A DNA stretch of 25,754 nucleotides from positions 1-25,754 of IMG/VR virus record IMGVR_UViG_3300037631_004067; one strand, given 5' to 3'. Origin of the DNA: a virus (lineage: Duplodnaviria > Caudoviricetes). Shown piece by piece: positions 8,555 to 17,207 of this stretch; the stretch's first letter is position 1, and the number at the start of each line of letters is the position of its first letter. The translations under genes were made by a program, and so were the position numbers. The notes below the pieces were generated by a model. The model was given only the letters and a program-made list of their open reading frames with translations. It ran no database searches and was not told the origin of the DNA.

Positions 8555-8767
8555 TTACATCACCTGTATTCCTGTAAATGCACTGATTAAAAAAATCACA
8601 ATTCCCCCAACGATTTTTTTCAGTAGTGCCATATCCTTTTCAATGTGGAATAAGTGGTTGTTTTTGATGGTCGATACATCATTTTGGACTTCAGTGATTG
8701 CGCCAACAACCCAATTCAGTTTGCCGTCTGTGTCACGGCTCAACACATCATCAAGGTCATTCGTCAT
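8555..8767 (-). CDS. Small coiled-coil protein with C-terminal TM helix
   Basis: 70 aa; KNNHLFHIEKDM is followed by IVGGIVIFLISAFTGI. Overlaps the end of the portal gene. Confidence 0.65.
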   Translation of the reverse strand: MTNDLDDVLSRDTDGKLNWVVGAITEVQNDVSTIKNNHLFHIEKDMALLKKIVGGIVIFLISAFTGIQVM

Positions 8768-10166
8768 TCTGTTCGTCCTCTTTCATATTTGTTGCGCCGT
8801 CTTGACTGTTTTCTCTTGGCAATTCACCATTTTGCGCAGAACCACCTTCTTTGCGCACATCGCCGTTTGTTTCGGTTGGCTCACCAACAATTTCAAGTGC
8901 TTGATTAAGGCTAAGGATGCCTGCGTTGTAGCCAATGTTAGCCCGTTGCATTTTGTTAAGTCGTGTTTCCTCGTCAATTGGCTCAAACTCAAGAGCGGGA
9001 AGGTCGGACATTGTGTGCGTTATGCGCAGAAGTGTCAAGTGTCGGCTAAACAAATCCATAACAGACTGCTTAAGGATGCTTTGCATACGGCGAATAGCGT
9101 TTGCGGCCCATAGATTTGCCGTGTATGAGGCGGCAAAGGTGCTTCCCTTCTCTTGGCCTGCGGCAACCCGTGGGACTTGCAGAACGGCGGCAATATCGGC
9201 GTTGATGTTATCAAGGAATGAAGATGAATCCGGCAAAGCACTTCGCTGGTCTATGTGTTGGATTTTCACATATTCAGGGAAAATTGGCACTTGGTCGCCA
9301 CGCAGGTTCTCCATTGTTTCAATGACTTGATTCATAATATGCAAAAGCCGTGTTCGTTGTTCATCGGGATTGGTGATGTGTTCGACGGCTTTCATATCAA
9401 TAGTGATGTATTGCTTTGTCATAGCATCCTCAAGGGCTATTCGGTTGTTGATGCTATTATATTTTGCACGAATAGCCTGCTTAAGCGAAGTAAAACGGGA
9501 TGAACCCCAAATACCGTATGTCACACGGGCTTCGTTGTCTGTGAACCAATGACTGCGATAATCCATTCGCACATGCAGGATTTCATCGGCAGGAAACTCT
9601 TGCTCGGTTGTTTCGCCTTCTCGAAGAAAATATCGCTCGGCAGTGATAACAGGGTCGTTTTCATCAGTGGTGTCGTTTTTTCCTCGGTCGTCAAGAATGG
9701 TGATTTGAGCAATTGGAAGGTTTTGAACATCGGTGATGCCTTCACGGGAAGTCCCAACCAATTTATTGATGTCATTCCCATACACTTGTAGGTTGCGCAT
9801 TGTGTTGATAAGAATGTCATCAAAGTCAATACGCTGAATTAGGTCTTGAATAGCGTTGCGTATGCGTGCGTTGCGTGCGTTCCTATAATTGATGGTGTAG
9901 TTATTTGCTGTAAGCGCAACTGCACGGACTGCCCCGTTCAATTCAGGGTCAAGTTTGAGCATTTCATCGAAGAGGTAAAAGTCGTTGTCAAAATTGGTAT
10001 CATCTCGCAGTGTGTTGGTTTCACGAACAATGTCAGACATACCAGCCATCAATTGAAAAGGCGTGCGGTGTTGCACACTATGACGCACATCTTCGCTTGT
10101 CAAAAAGACAACACCTTGTTCGGCAGGTTCGTTTTTACGCCGTCCAAAAAGAGAAAAACGAGCCAT
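8757..10166 (-). CDS. Portal protein (469 aa)
   Basis: Portal-typical motifs LQVYGND, FPADEILHVR, YGIWGSS, IAAVLQVP and GILSLNQALEIVG. First gene of the head operon. Confidence 0.8.
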   Translation of the reverse strand: MARFSLFGRRKNEPAEQGVVFLTSEDVRHSVQHRTPFQLMAGMSDIVRETNTLRDDTNFDNDFYLFDEMLKLDPELNGAVRAVALTANNYTINYRNARNARIRNAIQDLIQRIDFDDILINTMRNLQVYGNDINKLVGTSREGITDVQNLPIAQITILDDRGKNDTTDENDPVITAERYFLREGETTEQEFPADEILHVRMDYRSHWFTDNEARVTYGIWGSSRFTSLKQAIRAKYNSINNRIALEDAMTKQYITIDMKAVEHITNPDEQRTRLLHIMNQVIETMENLRGDQVPIFPEYVKIQHIDQRSALPDSSSFLDNINADIAAVLQVPRVAAGQEKGSTFAASYTANLWAANAIRRMQSILKQSVMDLFSRHLTLLRITHTMSDLPALEFEPIDEETRLNKMQRANIGYNAGILSLNQALEIVGEPTETNGDVRKEGGSAQNGELPRENSQDGATNMKEDEQNDE

Positions 10167-10578
10167 AACTGCTTAATACCTGTCTTTGTCTTATCAAGGT
10201 ATTCCCCCGTCATGTATTTAAAACAAAACGGCTTTTTTCTTTATGACACGGATGATATTTGAAGCCTTCTCTATTTTTTTGCTGGTGATTTTAGAATTGG
10301 GCTTCTATTTTTTCGTGGCAAAAGCAATTCTTTCAAGACGAAAAAAAGAATTGAGAAATAATTAAACGGACGCAGTATAGCGAATCGTCATTATTCTTTT
10401 TTATGTATAAGGTGTTTTAGAAAAAAAACAGAATAATTTTGAATACCTTACAACATAATAAAAAATAAATCAAACTTTAGAGCAGTATCGCATTTTATTC
10501 TTTCTGAATTATTTTTAGGCCGTTGAAAGAATTAACGAAAGCGACCCTTAATAAAGGAAAACGCTCTATGCTATCAAC
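10167..10578. promoter_or_regulatory. Very AT-rich divergent promoter region between portal and phosphoesterase/terminase
   Basis: No credible ORF and many A/T tracts. CCTTGATAAG (minus, 10190-10199) lies ~25 nt before the portal ATG and CCTTAATAAAG (plus, ~10546-10556) ~24 nt before ATG 10579, the geometry of archaeal leaderless TATA promoters. Confidence 0.65.
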
Positions 10579-11805
10579 ATGGAAAAAGACGACTACATGG
10601 AAGCGGTTCGTGCGGAAATCGGACACTACAAAGGAAACATGGCAGGTTTTGCTCGGCACATGGCAACTGTCATTGAATCCTTAAGCATTGAAGCAAACCG
10701 TTATCGTTTGCGACTTATTGCACATGAAAACCCTGACTTTTTCCCAACCGTTGAAAAGATTGACTATGACGCACACATACCTAAAGTGTGGGATGGAGAA
10801 ACCATTGGATTAGCACGCATTCTTAATCGACGATTCCCTGAAATTAGCGTTGCTGGTTGGACGCACCGCATAACTCGCGCACATGAAAGAAACGCAATCA
10901 CCGAATTTAAGAATCCTGATTTTATCGTCAATCAACTGAAAAAAGAATCTCAGTCCATTGAAGATTTGTGGGCGACCATTGAAGCACAATCCAAAAAGGC
11001 CATTGAAGCAACAGAGGATGCACGATGGGCAACAATTCACATTAGCAACAGTGATAGATACATTGGCATCGCTTTCCAAAGCGACCAACACATCGGCAAT
11101 TCATTTTGCGACCATGAGCGTTTGCGAAAAGACACGGAGTTAATTGTAAATCATCCCGACTGCTATGTGATTCATGCTGGCGACTACATAGACAACTTTA
11201 TCATTGATAAACCACGACCAGCCATGAAAGCACGCATTCCTCCATCAATTCAATGGCGACTTTGCGAACATTACATTAACATGAGCGCATCTTCACTTAT
11301 GGCCGTTGTAGCAGGCAACCACGACCTTTGGACTTCGGGTATGACTGATTATGACCCACTTAAGAAAATGGTTGAAGAAAACGGCGTTTTGTATCATCAA
11401 CATGAATTAAATATCCGTTTGGTTCACGGAAAGGTTGCATACCACCTATCTATTCGACATAAGCGACGAGGCAATTCAAACCTTGACCCAAGCCGAGTTG
11501 TCAAGAAAATGTGGGACGATGGCGAATGCGACTTTGATATTGGCGTTATCGGACATCATCACACACCTTCCGTTGTTCCTTTTACCCGACATGGCGTTGA
11601 ACGATGGTCTGTTCGACCGGGCGCATATAAAATCATTGATACCTTCGGTGAAATGTGCGGGTTCCCCCGTGAGCGTCCAACAAGTCCGATGGTTATTCTT
11701 GACCCTAAAACCCGTGATATTCAAGCCTTTACGGACTTAAGACATGGTTTGCGAATGTTAAATGCACTAAATGGTCGTGATGCAAATGCCTATTTGGACG
11801 AGTAA
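10579..11805 (+). CDS. Calcineurin-like metallophosphoesterase with an N-terminal helical extension
   Basis: All five family motifs are present: SDQHIG, AGDYID, GNHD, IRH and GHHH. Confidence 0.85.
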   Translation: MEKDDYMEAVRAEIGHYKGNMAGFARHMATVIESLSIEANRYRLRLIAHENPDFFPTVEKIDYDAHIPKVWDGETIGLARILNRRFPEISVAGWTHRITRAHERNAITEFKNPDFIVNQLKKESQSIEDLWATIEAQSKKAIEATEDARWATIHISNSDRYIGIAFQSDQHIGNSFCDHERLRKDTELIVNHPDCYVIHAGDYIDNFIIDKPRPAMKARIPPSIQWRLCEHYINMSASSLMAVVAGNHDLWTSGMTDYDPLKKMVEENGVLYHQHELNIRLVHGKVAYHLSIRHKRRGNSNLDPSRVVKKMWDDGECDFDIGVIGHHHTPSVVPFTRHGVERWSVRPGAYKIIDTFGEMCGFPRERPTSPMVILDPKTRDIQAFTDLRHGLRMLNALNGRDANAYLDE

Positions 11806-12013
11806 TGAAAAAGACATTCGTTTGCTTGATGCAGGCGGTGATTTTCTTTCGATGAACATTTTTACAGGCGATAGCATTATCTCTATTATGCTTGAGCGTC
11901 AAGAAATTGAACCAATGACACTTGCTCTTATGGAATGGTGCGGAATCCCCTTCTTTAAAAGTCAGATGGAAGAAAGTGATAATCATGCGATTGATGACGA
12001 CATTTCACCTTGA
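11786..12013 (+). CDS. Hypothetical acidic protein (~75 aa; start could be 11771, 11780 or 11786)
   Basis: Bridges the phosphoesterase and terminase genes with overlaps at both ends. Confidence 0.55.
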   Translation: MPIWTSNEKDIRLLDAGGDFLSMNIFTGDSIISIMLERQEIEPMTLALMEWCGIPFFKSQMEESDNHAIDDDISP

Positions 12014-13475
12014 GCGTAGCAAATACGACATTCAGCACTTTTATGAATGGCTTGGCTACAAATGGGGCGACCATATCGGTGATTGGCTTCACCTTTACGG
12101 CGACCGGGGCGACCGACAGGTTCACCGTGTTTGCATTATCGCACCTCGCGACCATAGCAAGTCCACAACCTTGCGTGTAAAAATTCTTCATCAATTGCTT
12201 TTTGAAAAGTGGCGCAACAAACCGTTCACCATTTGGCTTTTTTCGGCAAACAAAGACTTGGCTATCAACCGTTTAGAAGAAATTAGGCAAGACCTTAAAA
12301 GGCATCCCGAATTGTCCCGCATGATTGACACTACAAAAGGAAATCGCTTTGAGTTGCGATTAACAAATGGTGCTTGGATTAAAGCAACCTCGGTTGGTTC
12401 GGGTATTCGTGGTGAACACCCTGCCGCTATTGCTCTTGACGATGTGCTGGACGACCAAAACGATATGTCCTATGATGTTGTTCAACAGTGGTTTCGCAAA
12501 AAATTAACGCCTATGTTGTCTCCGCAGACCTCACTTTATTGTGTTGGAACGCCAATGAGCATGAATGACCTGTATCATACTGAAATGCTAAACAATGAAT
12601 CATGGATAACATGGCAAAAAGGCGCTATCACAAATTATGATGAATGGAGAAACGACCCTGAAAGCGTAAAACCTGAATGTCTTTGGGAAAGTGAACGCCC
12701 TCTTGACTTTCTTCTTGAACAAAAACAAGCAATTGGCGAATTAGCCTTTGCGCAAGAATACTTGTGCAAAGTAGTGGATGATGATTCAGCCGTGTTTCCG
12801 CAGACTTTGACTCGCAAAAACCTAAACATGGATGCTACACTGCAAAACAAAAAATTGCACGAAGGCACTTATGTCATTGGTTTTGACCCAAGCCACGGTA
12901 TCGGACAGGACTATTCAGTAATGATTGTGCTTCGACAAGACGCAGATGGCAATATCCACATTGTCAATATGTGGCGGCGCAACGACTTCCCGCCTCCAAA
13001 GCAAATACGGCAAATTGCAGACTTCAACGACGCATTTAAATCGCCAAGATTCGCATTTGAATCGGCTGGCTTTCAAAGCCTATACAAATCCCTCATATCG
13101 CAAGAAGGATTAACGCTCGACATCAAAATGAGCAAAGTCAGCAACAAAACGCTCAAACAAGGACTTCTTAACCGGCTTCGTGTGTGGTTTGAGCAAGAAC
13201 GAGTCATAATCCCGTTTGGCGACGATGAAACCCGTCGAGTTATGTCAATTTTGCTTGACGAATTGGAATCACACGCTTGGAAAGACGGCGACATCACCGA
13301 TAAAGGCCGACACAACGACACTGTGATGGCTTTAGCGCACGCCATAGACCAATTTAAGTCCAGCCTGAACCGTGAAACGCCCATGATAGCAGGTCAAACC
13401 GATATGTCGCAGTGGAATACGGCAAAACAAAAGAAAAATAAGCGTTCTAACAAAAAATATGTCAGTTTTTGGTGA
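11985..13475 (+). CDS. terL: Terminase large subunit
   Basis: Walker A-type IIAPRDHSKS, IRGEHP, Walker B IALDD, coupling motif VGTP, FAQEYLC, and RNase H-fold nuclease GFDPS..DYS...HNDTVMA. ATG 11985 is preferred over the track's TTG 11922. Confidence 0.92.
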   Translation: MRLMTTFHLERSKYDIQHFYEWLGYKWGDHIGDWLHLYGDRGDRQVHRVCIIAPRDHSKSTTLRVKILHQLLFEKWRNKPFTIWLFSANKDLAINRLEEIRQDLKRHPELSRMIDTTKGNRFELRLTNGAWIKATSVGSGIRGEHPAAIALDDVLDDQNDMSYDVVQQWFRKKLTPMLSPQTSLYCVGTPMSMNDLYHTEMLNNESWITWQKGAITNYDEWRNDPESVKPECLWESERPLDFLLEQKQAIGELAFAQEYLCKVVDDDSAVFPQTLTRKNLNMDATLQNKKLHEGTYVIGFDPSHGIGQDYSVMIVLRQDADGNIHIVNMWRRNDFPPPKQIRQIADFNDAFKSPRFAFESAGFQSLYKSLISQEGLTLDIKMSKVSNKTLKQGLLNRLRVWFEQERVIIPFGDDETRRVMSILLDELESHAWKDGDITDKGRHNDTVMALAHAIDQFKSSLNRETPMIAGQTDMSQWNTAKQKKNKRSNKKYVSFW

Positions 13476-13599
13476 TATAACGCTTATTTCCAGTTTTTTG
13501 CGGAAAATTATTTGCGGGGGTTGGCGTGTCGTGGGGCGGCGACTACGCATACTTTTGGCGACTTTTGCGCATAAATTGCGACCACCTGCGCACAATTTT

Positions 13600-14700
13600 T
13601 TAGCCTCGCAGTGTCCCGTTTAGACCGTTCTGCGCAAAGTCGAAACGGGCCTTGACTACCCAACCAACGGTTCAATAGTGAAAAAGTGCGCCGAATCCTG
13701 CGCCGAAACGACCCAATCCGACCCCCTAAACGCTTGACTGCGAGCCTGTTGGGTTGCGCACTGTTGAACCAAGGGTTGCATAGTGAAGGAGGCTAAACGA
13801 CGCACCGAAAGCCAATTTGCGCCGTAAATTGAGCCGTTTGACCGTGGGTTCGTCCTCCTGAACCGTCTAAACGATGGACTGCGGCGGTGTAGTGATTGCA
13901 CCATTGGCGCAGTGTCCCGTTTTTCGACGACTGCGAGCCGACCTTGAGCCAACGGCGCACAATCCGACCGAAACCGATGGACTGCGCCCCACCCGTCGAC
14001 CCCGTTGAACCAATCCGTTCAAGAATCACCCCAACGCCGCCGGAAACCGGAAGCACCCTTTCCATTTTCAGGAATTGAGCAAACGGCGCAAAGGGGGCGA
14101 TTGAAGGACGAAACAGGGCCGCAGTGTGTCGTTTAGGGTCGTCGAACCGTGGCTCAGGAGTCCGTCAGAAACCGGAAAACGAGCGCAAAAACGACGCACT
14201 GCGGGGCGGAGGCCAAATGAAACCGTTGCACTGCGTCCGAAACCGTTGCACTGCTTGACCGGCGGCCCCTCGGCGGCTTGACACACCACCGGACAAAACG
14301 ACGCACTGCGAGCCATTCCCCGATTCGGCGGGGTTCGCCGGATTTGGGAAGAATGCCGACTTCTGCGCCGGAAACCGGAAAAAGCCGATTTGCGCCAAAT
14401 CCCAAAACCGATGGACTGCGCCGCAGTGCAAAAAGGAAACCGTGGGACTGCGAGCCTGTCGGTTTCCGATGTGCGCCGAAAGTGGTCTATTCGATGGACT
14501 GCGCCCCATTTTGCCCCGGTTGTCCGGTCTGCGCCGCCGACTTTCGGGGGGAGCGGGCTTTCAGTGCGCCGTTTAGGATTTCCAAACGGGACACTGCGAG
14601 CCTGTCGGAAAGTGCCGATTTTGGACGATTTAGGCCGACCTTAACCGATGCACTGCGGCACTGCGCAAAGTGCTAAACGATGCACTGCGTCCCATCGTTT
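13600..14700. repeat. Non-coding array of ~17 copies of the bipartite motif WW(A/C/T)CG-N4-ACTGCG in both orientations
   Basis: Plus-strand ACTGC(G) half-sites at 13737, 13878, 13981, 14198, 14230, 14250, 14305, 14415, 14447, 14498, 14593, 14652 and 14684, each preceded by AAACG/AACCG/ATTCG + 4 nt. Minus-strand copies at 13607, 13908, 14120 and a degenerate one at 14562. Confidence 0.85.
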
Positions 14701-14749
14701 GCGTCGTTGAAAAGCGGTGTAAAAATGAAACCGTGAGCGGGCAAGGTTT

Positions 14750-14807
14750 AGTATATCAATCAAACCCGTTCTTGAACGCTCCTGCATCAATTCCCGGTTG
14801 ATATACT
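14750..14807. promoter_or_regulatory. Perfect 10-bp inverted repeat AGTATATCAA / TTGATATACT; probable back-to-back TATA promoters
   Basis: Arms at 14750-14759 and 14798-14807 with a 38-nt spacer, an AT-rich island in GC-rich DNA. The right arm is ~45 nt upstream of GGAG-ATG 14852. Confidence 0.6.
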
Positions 14808-14851
14808 CCCCATGAGAAAGGCGAAACGCCGACAACGGCAGGAGATACAAC

Positions 14852-17119
14852 ATGCAAAACATGAAGTTGAAAACAGTAGCCTGCGCCCTCATCGCTCTGA
14901 TGATGGCCGTCCTTCTCGGAGGACACCCAACCAACCCCGCCGCCGTGGGTCAAACGGTGGACTTGGCAGAGGAGGTGAATTTCAACGCCGAACCGGGCCG
15001 CAGTCCGTGGGTTTGGTCGCGTCATTCGCTCAAGCGCCATGAGCGCCGCTTGATTCTCAGCGAGCGCCGCCAACGCCGAAGGGTTCGCCGTGCCTTGAAT
15101 CGGGTCATCCCGTTGCTCATCAAGGAAGAACGCCGGAAGGCTCGCAGTGTAGCGATTCGACGGTTCGTTAGTGCGCCGTTTGTGGCCCTTGCCGAATGGC
15201 GAGATGCCCGAATTGAGCCGCAGTGCGCCGTTTGTGGCGTTCATCAAAACGACGGTTTCGCCGTTGATACGACGCTAAGACCGGCGCAGTGCATTGATTG
15301 CTTCACCGAAAGCGAAGGACTGCGAGCCTATGCGCCGCTTCTATGCGCCGCCGTGGTCGGTCTGATTTTTGCGACTTTTGCGCCGCAGTGGTCCGGTTTG
15401 GCCCTCATCGGTGCGACCCGGCAACCTATGCCGCAGTGGGCCAAAGACGGCGCAAAGAAGCACGGGGTCAAGATTCGCCGCCATGAATCGGGCCGAAAAA
15501 CGATAGCCTGCGCAGGTTGCATGAACGGCATTGAATCGGGAGACATCAAGGCCATGCTCCCCGCTTCGGGCTACTCGCAGAACAAGCCGCATTGCGAAGC
15601 CTGCGCAAAGGTTCGCTTGACCGCCGCCGATGTTCCCGCAGTGCCTCAAACGCCAACGCCTGAACCAACGCCTGAACCGACCCCTGCGCCAACCGTGCCG
15701 ACATCGACCCGACCACCGAACCGAAAGGCGGGGCAGTGCGCCGTTTGTGGCACCGATGTCGCCGCAGGAGCGGGCCACATCCACACCGAAAGCCCACGGG
15801 GGCAGAAAGTCCGATGTTCTGCGCACGCAGAAACGCCGCACGGAACGCCATCAAGCGATGAACCCGCCGCGATTCCCGCCGCCGAGGGTGTCCCGGCGCA
15901 AATCGCCGCCCTCCTTGCTCAAGCGATGTCCTCCGGCGCAGTTGATGAAGCCGCAGTGCGCCGAATCGTGGACGAAGAAACCCGTGCTTTCAAGGACGGC
16001 ATGACCGCCGCTCAAACGAGCATCTTCCAGCACATTGAGAAGGCGACGGATGAAGCCAAAACCGAGGCACTGGAAGCCGTTGAACAACGCTTGAAAGAAA
16101 TCAATGCGCCGGTCATCCTCCACATCAAAACGGACGACGGCCCCGCCGTTCCCGCCGCCGATGAAGGCGAAATCATCCACCGTCAAGAGAGGGAGATTCT
16201 CGCCAAAATCAGCGCACTGAGCAAGCGCAACCGCGCTCAAAATATCATGCTTGTAGGCGACCCCGGAACGGGCAAAACCTACATGAGCGAGGGCATATTC
16301 AAGCGATTGCTCAAAATCGGGTTCTTCAAGGGCATGGAAAAGCAAGCCGTGTGCCATGTGGAGTCATGCAACGAGGAGAAGCAACCCTCCGACCTGATGG
16401 GCCGCTTGAGTCCTGCGTTTTTCGACGACGGAAGCGGCACGCCATCGGGTGCTTGGCGCTTCTTCGCCGGGGCCGTGATGAAGTCGTTTTGCTCGCCCGG
16501 AATCCTTGTTTTTGACGAAATCGACACCCTCGCCCCGCCGTCATTCAGTGCGCTGAATGCGATGCTCGCCAACGGGTTCATCATTGACCCGGACGGCGTG
16601 CGGCATTACCGTCACCCCCGATGCGTCGTTATCGCCACGGCCAACACCCGAGGCAACGGCGCAAACGAGGATTTCACGGCAAGTCATGCGCAGTCATTGG
16701 CTTCGCTTGACCGCTTCGCCGCCGGGTTCGTTGATGTGGACTTTGACCCCGCCATTGAGGACGCTCTCGCTCCAACGATTGCCGATGATGTGCGCGCTCT
16801 GCGCATTCTCAGCAAAGAGCGAAGGGCACGCCGTGTCGTCTTTTCCTACCGGGTGATGATGAACGCCGAGTCGCTCGCTCAAGACTTCGGGAAGGACTAC
16901 GCCCTCAGCGAAACCGTGTTTCAATTCGGCGCAGAAAACGCCGCACTGCTCGGCTTTGATGAGCGCGTTCCGTTGCCTGATGATGCCGACATGAGCGGCC
17001 TTGCGCCAATGCCTGCGAAGGCTCGCAAGGCGGCGGAGAAGGTGCGCAGTGCGTCGTTTTCGCTTCAATCCTTCAACGCCGACATCAACACCAACACCGA
17101 CACCGGAGGAGCCGCTTGA
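14852..17119 (+). CDS. MoxR/CbbQ/CobS-type AAA+ ATPase with a long N-terminal membrane/Zn-finger extension (755 aa)
   Basis: Walker A GDPGTGKT, Walker B LVFDEID, sensor-I ATANT and arginine finger SLDRF. The N-half has two hydrophobic helices, CAVC..CIDC, CAGC..CEAC, CAVC..C/H, a PTPE linker and a coiled coil. Confidence 0.85.
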   Translation: MQNMKLKTVACALIALMMAVLLGGHPTNPAAVGQTVDLAEEVNFNAEPGRSPWVWSRHSLKRHERRLILSERRQRRRVRRALNRVIPLLIKEERRKARSVAIRRFVSAPFVALAEWRDARIEPQCAVCGVHQNDGFAVDTTLRPAQCIDCFTESEGLRAYAPLLCAAVVGLIFATFAPQWSGLALIGATRQPMPQWAKDGAKKHGVKIRRHESGRKTIACAGCMNGIESGDIKAMLPASGYSQNKPHCEACAKVRLTAADVPAVPQTPTPEPTPEPTPAPTVPTSTRPPNRKAGQCAVCGTDVAAGAGHIHTESPRGQKVRCSAHAETPHGTPSSDEPAAIPAAEGVPAQIAALLAQAMSSGAVDEAAVRRIVDEETRAFKDGMTAAQTSIFQHIEKATDEAKTEALEAVEQRLKEINAPVILHIKTDDGPAVPAADEGEIIHRQEREILAKISALSKRNRAQNIMLVGDPGTGKTYMSEGIFKRLLKIGFFKGMEKQAVCHVESCNEEKQPSDLMGRLSPAFFDDGSGTPSGAWRFFAGAVMKSFCSPGILVFDEIDTLAPPSFSALNAMLANGFIIDPDGVRHYRHPRCVVIATANTRGNGANEDFTASHAQSLASLDRFAAGFVDVDFDPAIEDALAPTIADDVRALRILSKERRARRVVFSYRVMMNAESLAQDFGKDYALSETVFQFGAENAALLGFDERVPLPDDADMSGLAPMPAKARKAAEKVRSASFSLQSFNADINTNTDTGGAA

Positions 17120-17207
17120 AGCGTTCTGCGCAGAGAATGACGGACGGCCTCGGCGCTCTCCCGATTCTGTGCAAAAACGCAACACCAAAAGCAAGGAGGA
17201 CGAGAAG

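Noticed and set aside
13600-14700. CRISPR array or mini-array
   Set aside because: Repeats are only ~15 bp with a variable core, occur in both orientations with irregular spacing (20 to >200 bp), and no cas genes are present.
13332-15247. Many overlapping 60-163 aa ORFs across the array on both strands
   Set aside because: They lack SD/promoter support, overlap each other, and have Arg/Pro/Ala-rich low-information translations expected from GC-rich repeat DNA.
17001-17207. N-terminal extension of the VWA-like ORF as given in the track
   Set aside because: It overlaps the ATPase 3' end, and a strong AGGAGGA SD points to ATG 17208. Track starts at 591, 11922, 18615, 19232, 19576, 19938, 21081 and 23777 were shortened for similar reasons (SD, TATA or stop-start overlap).
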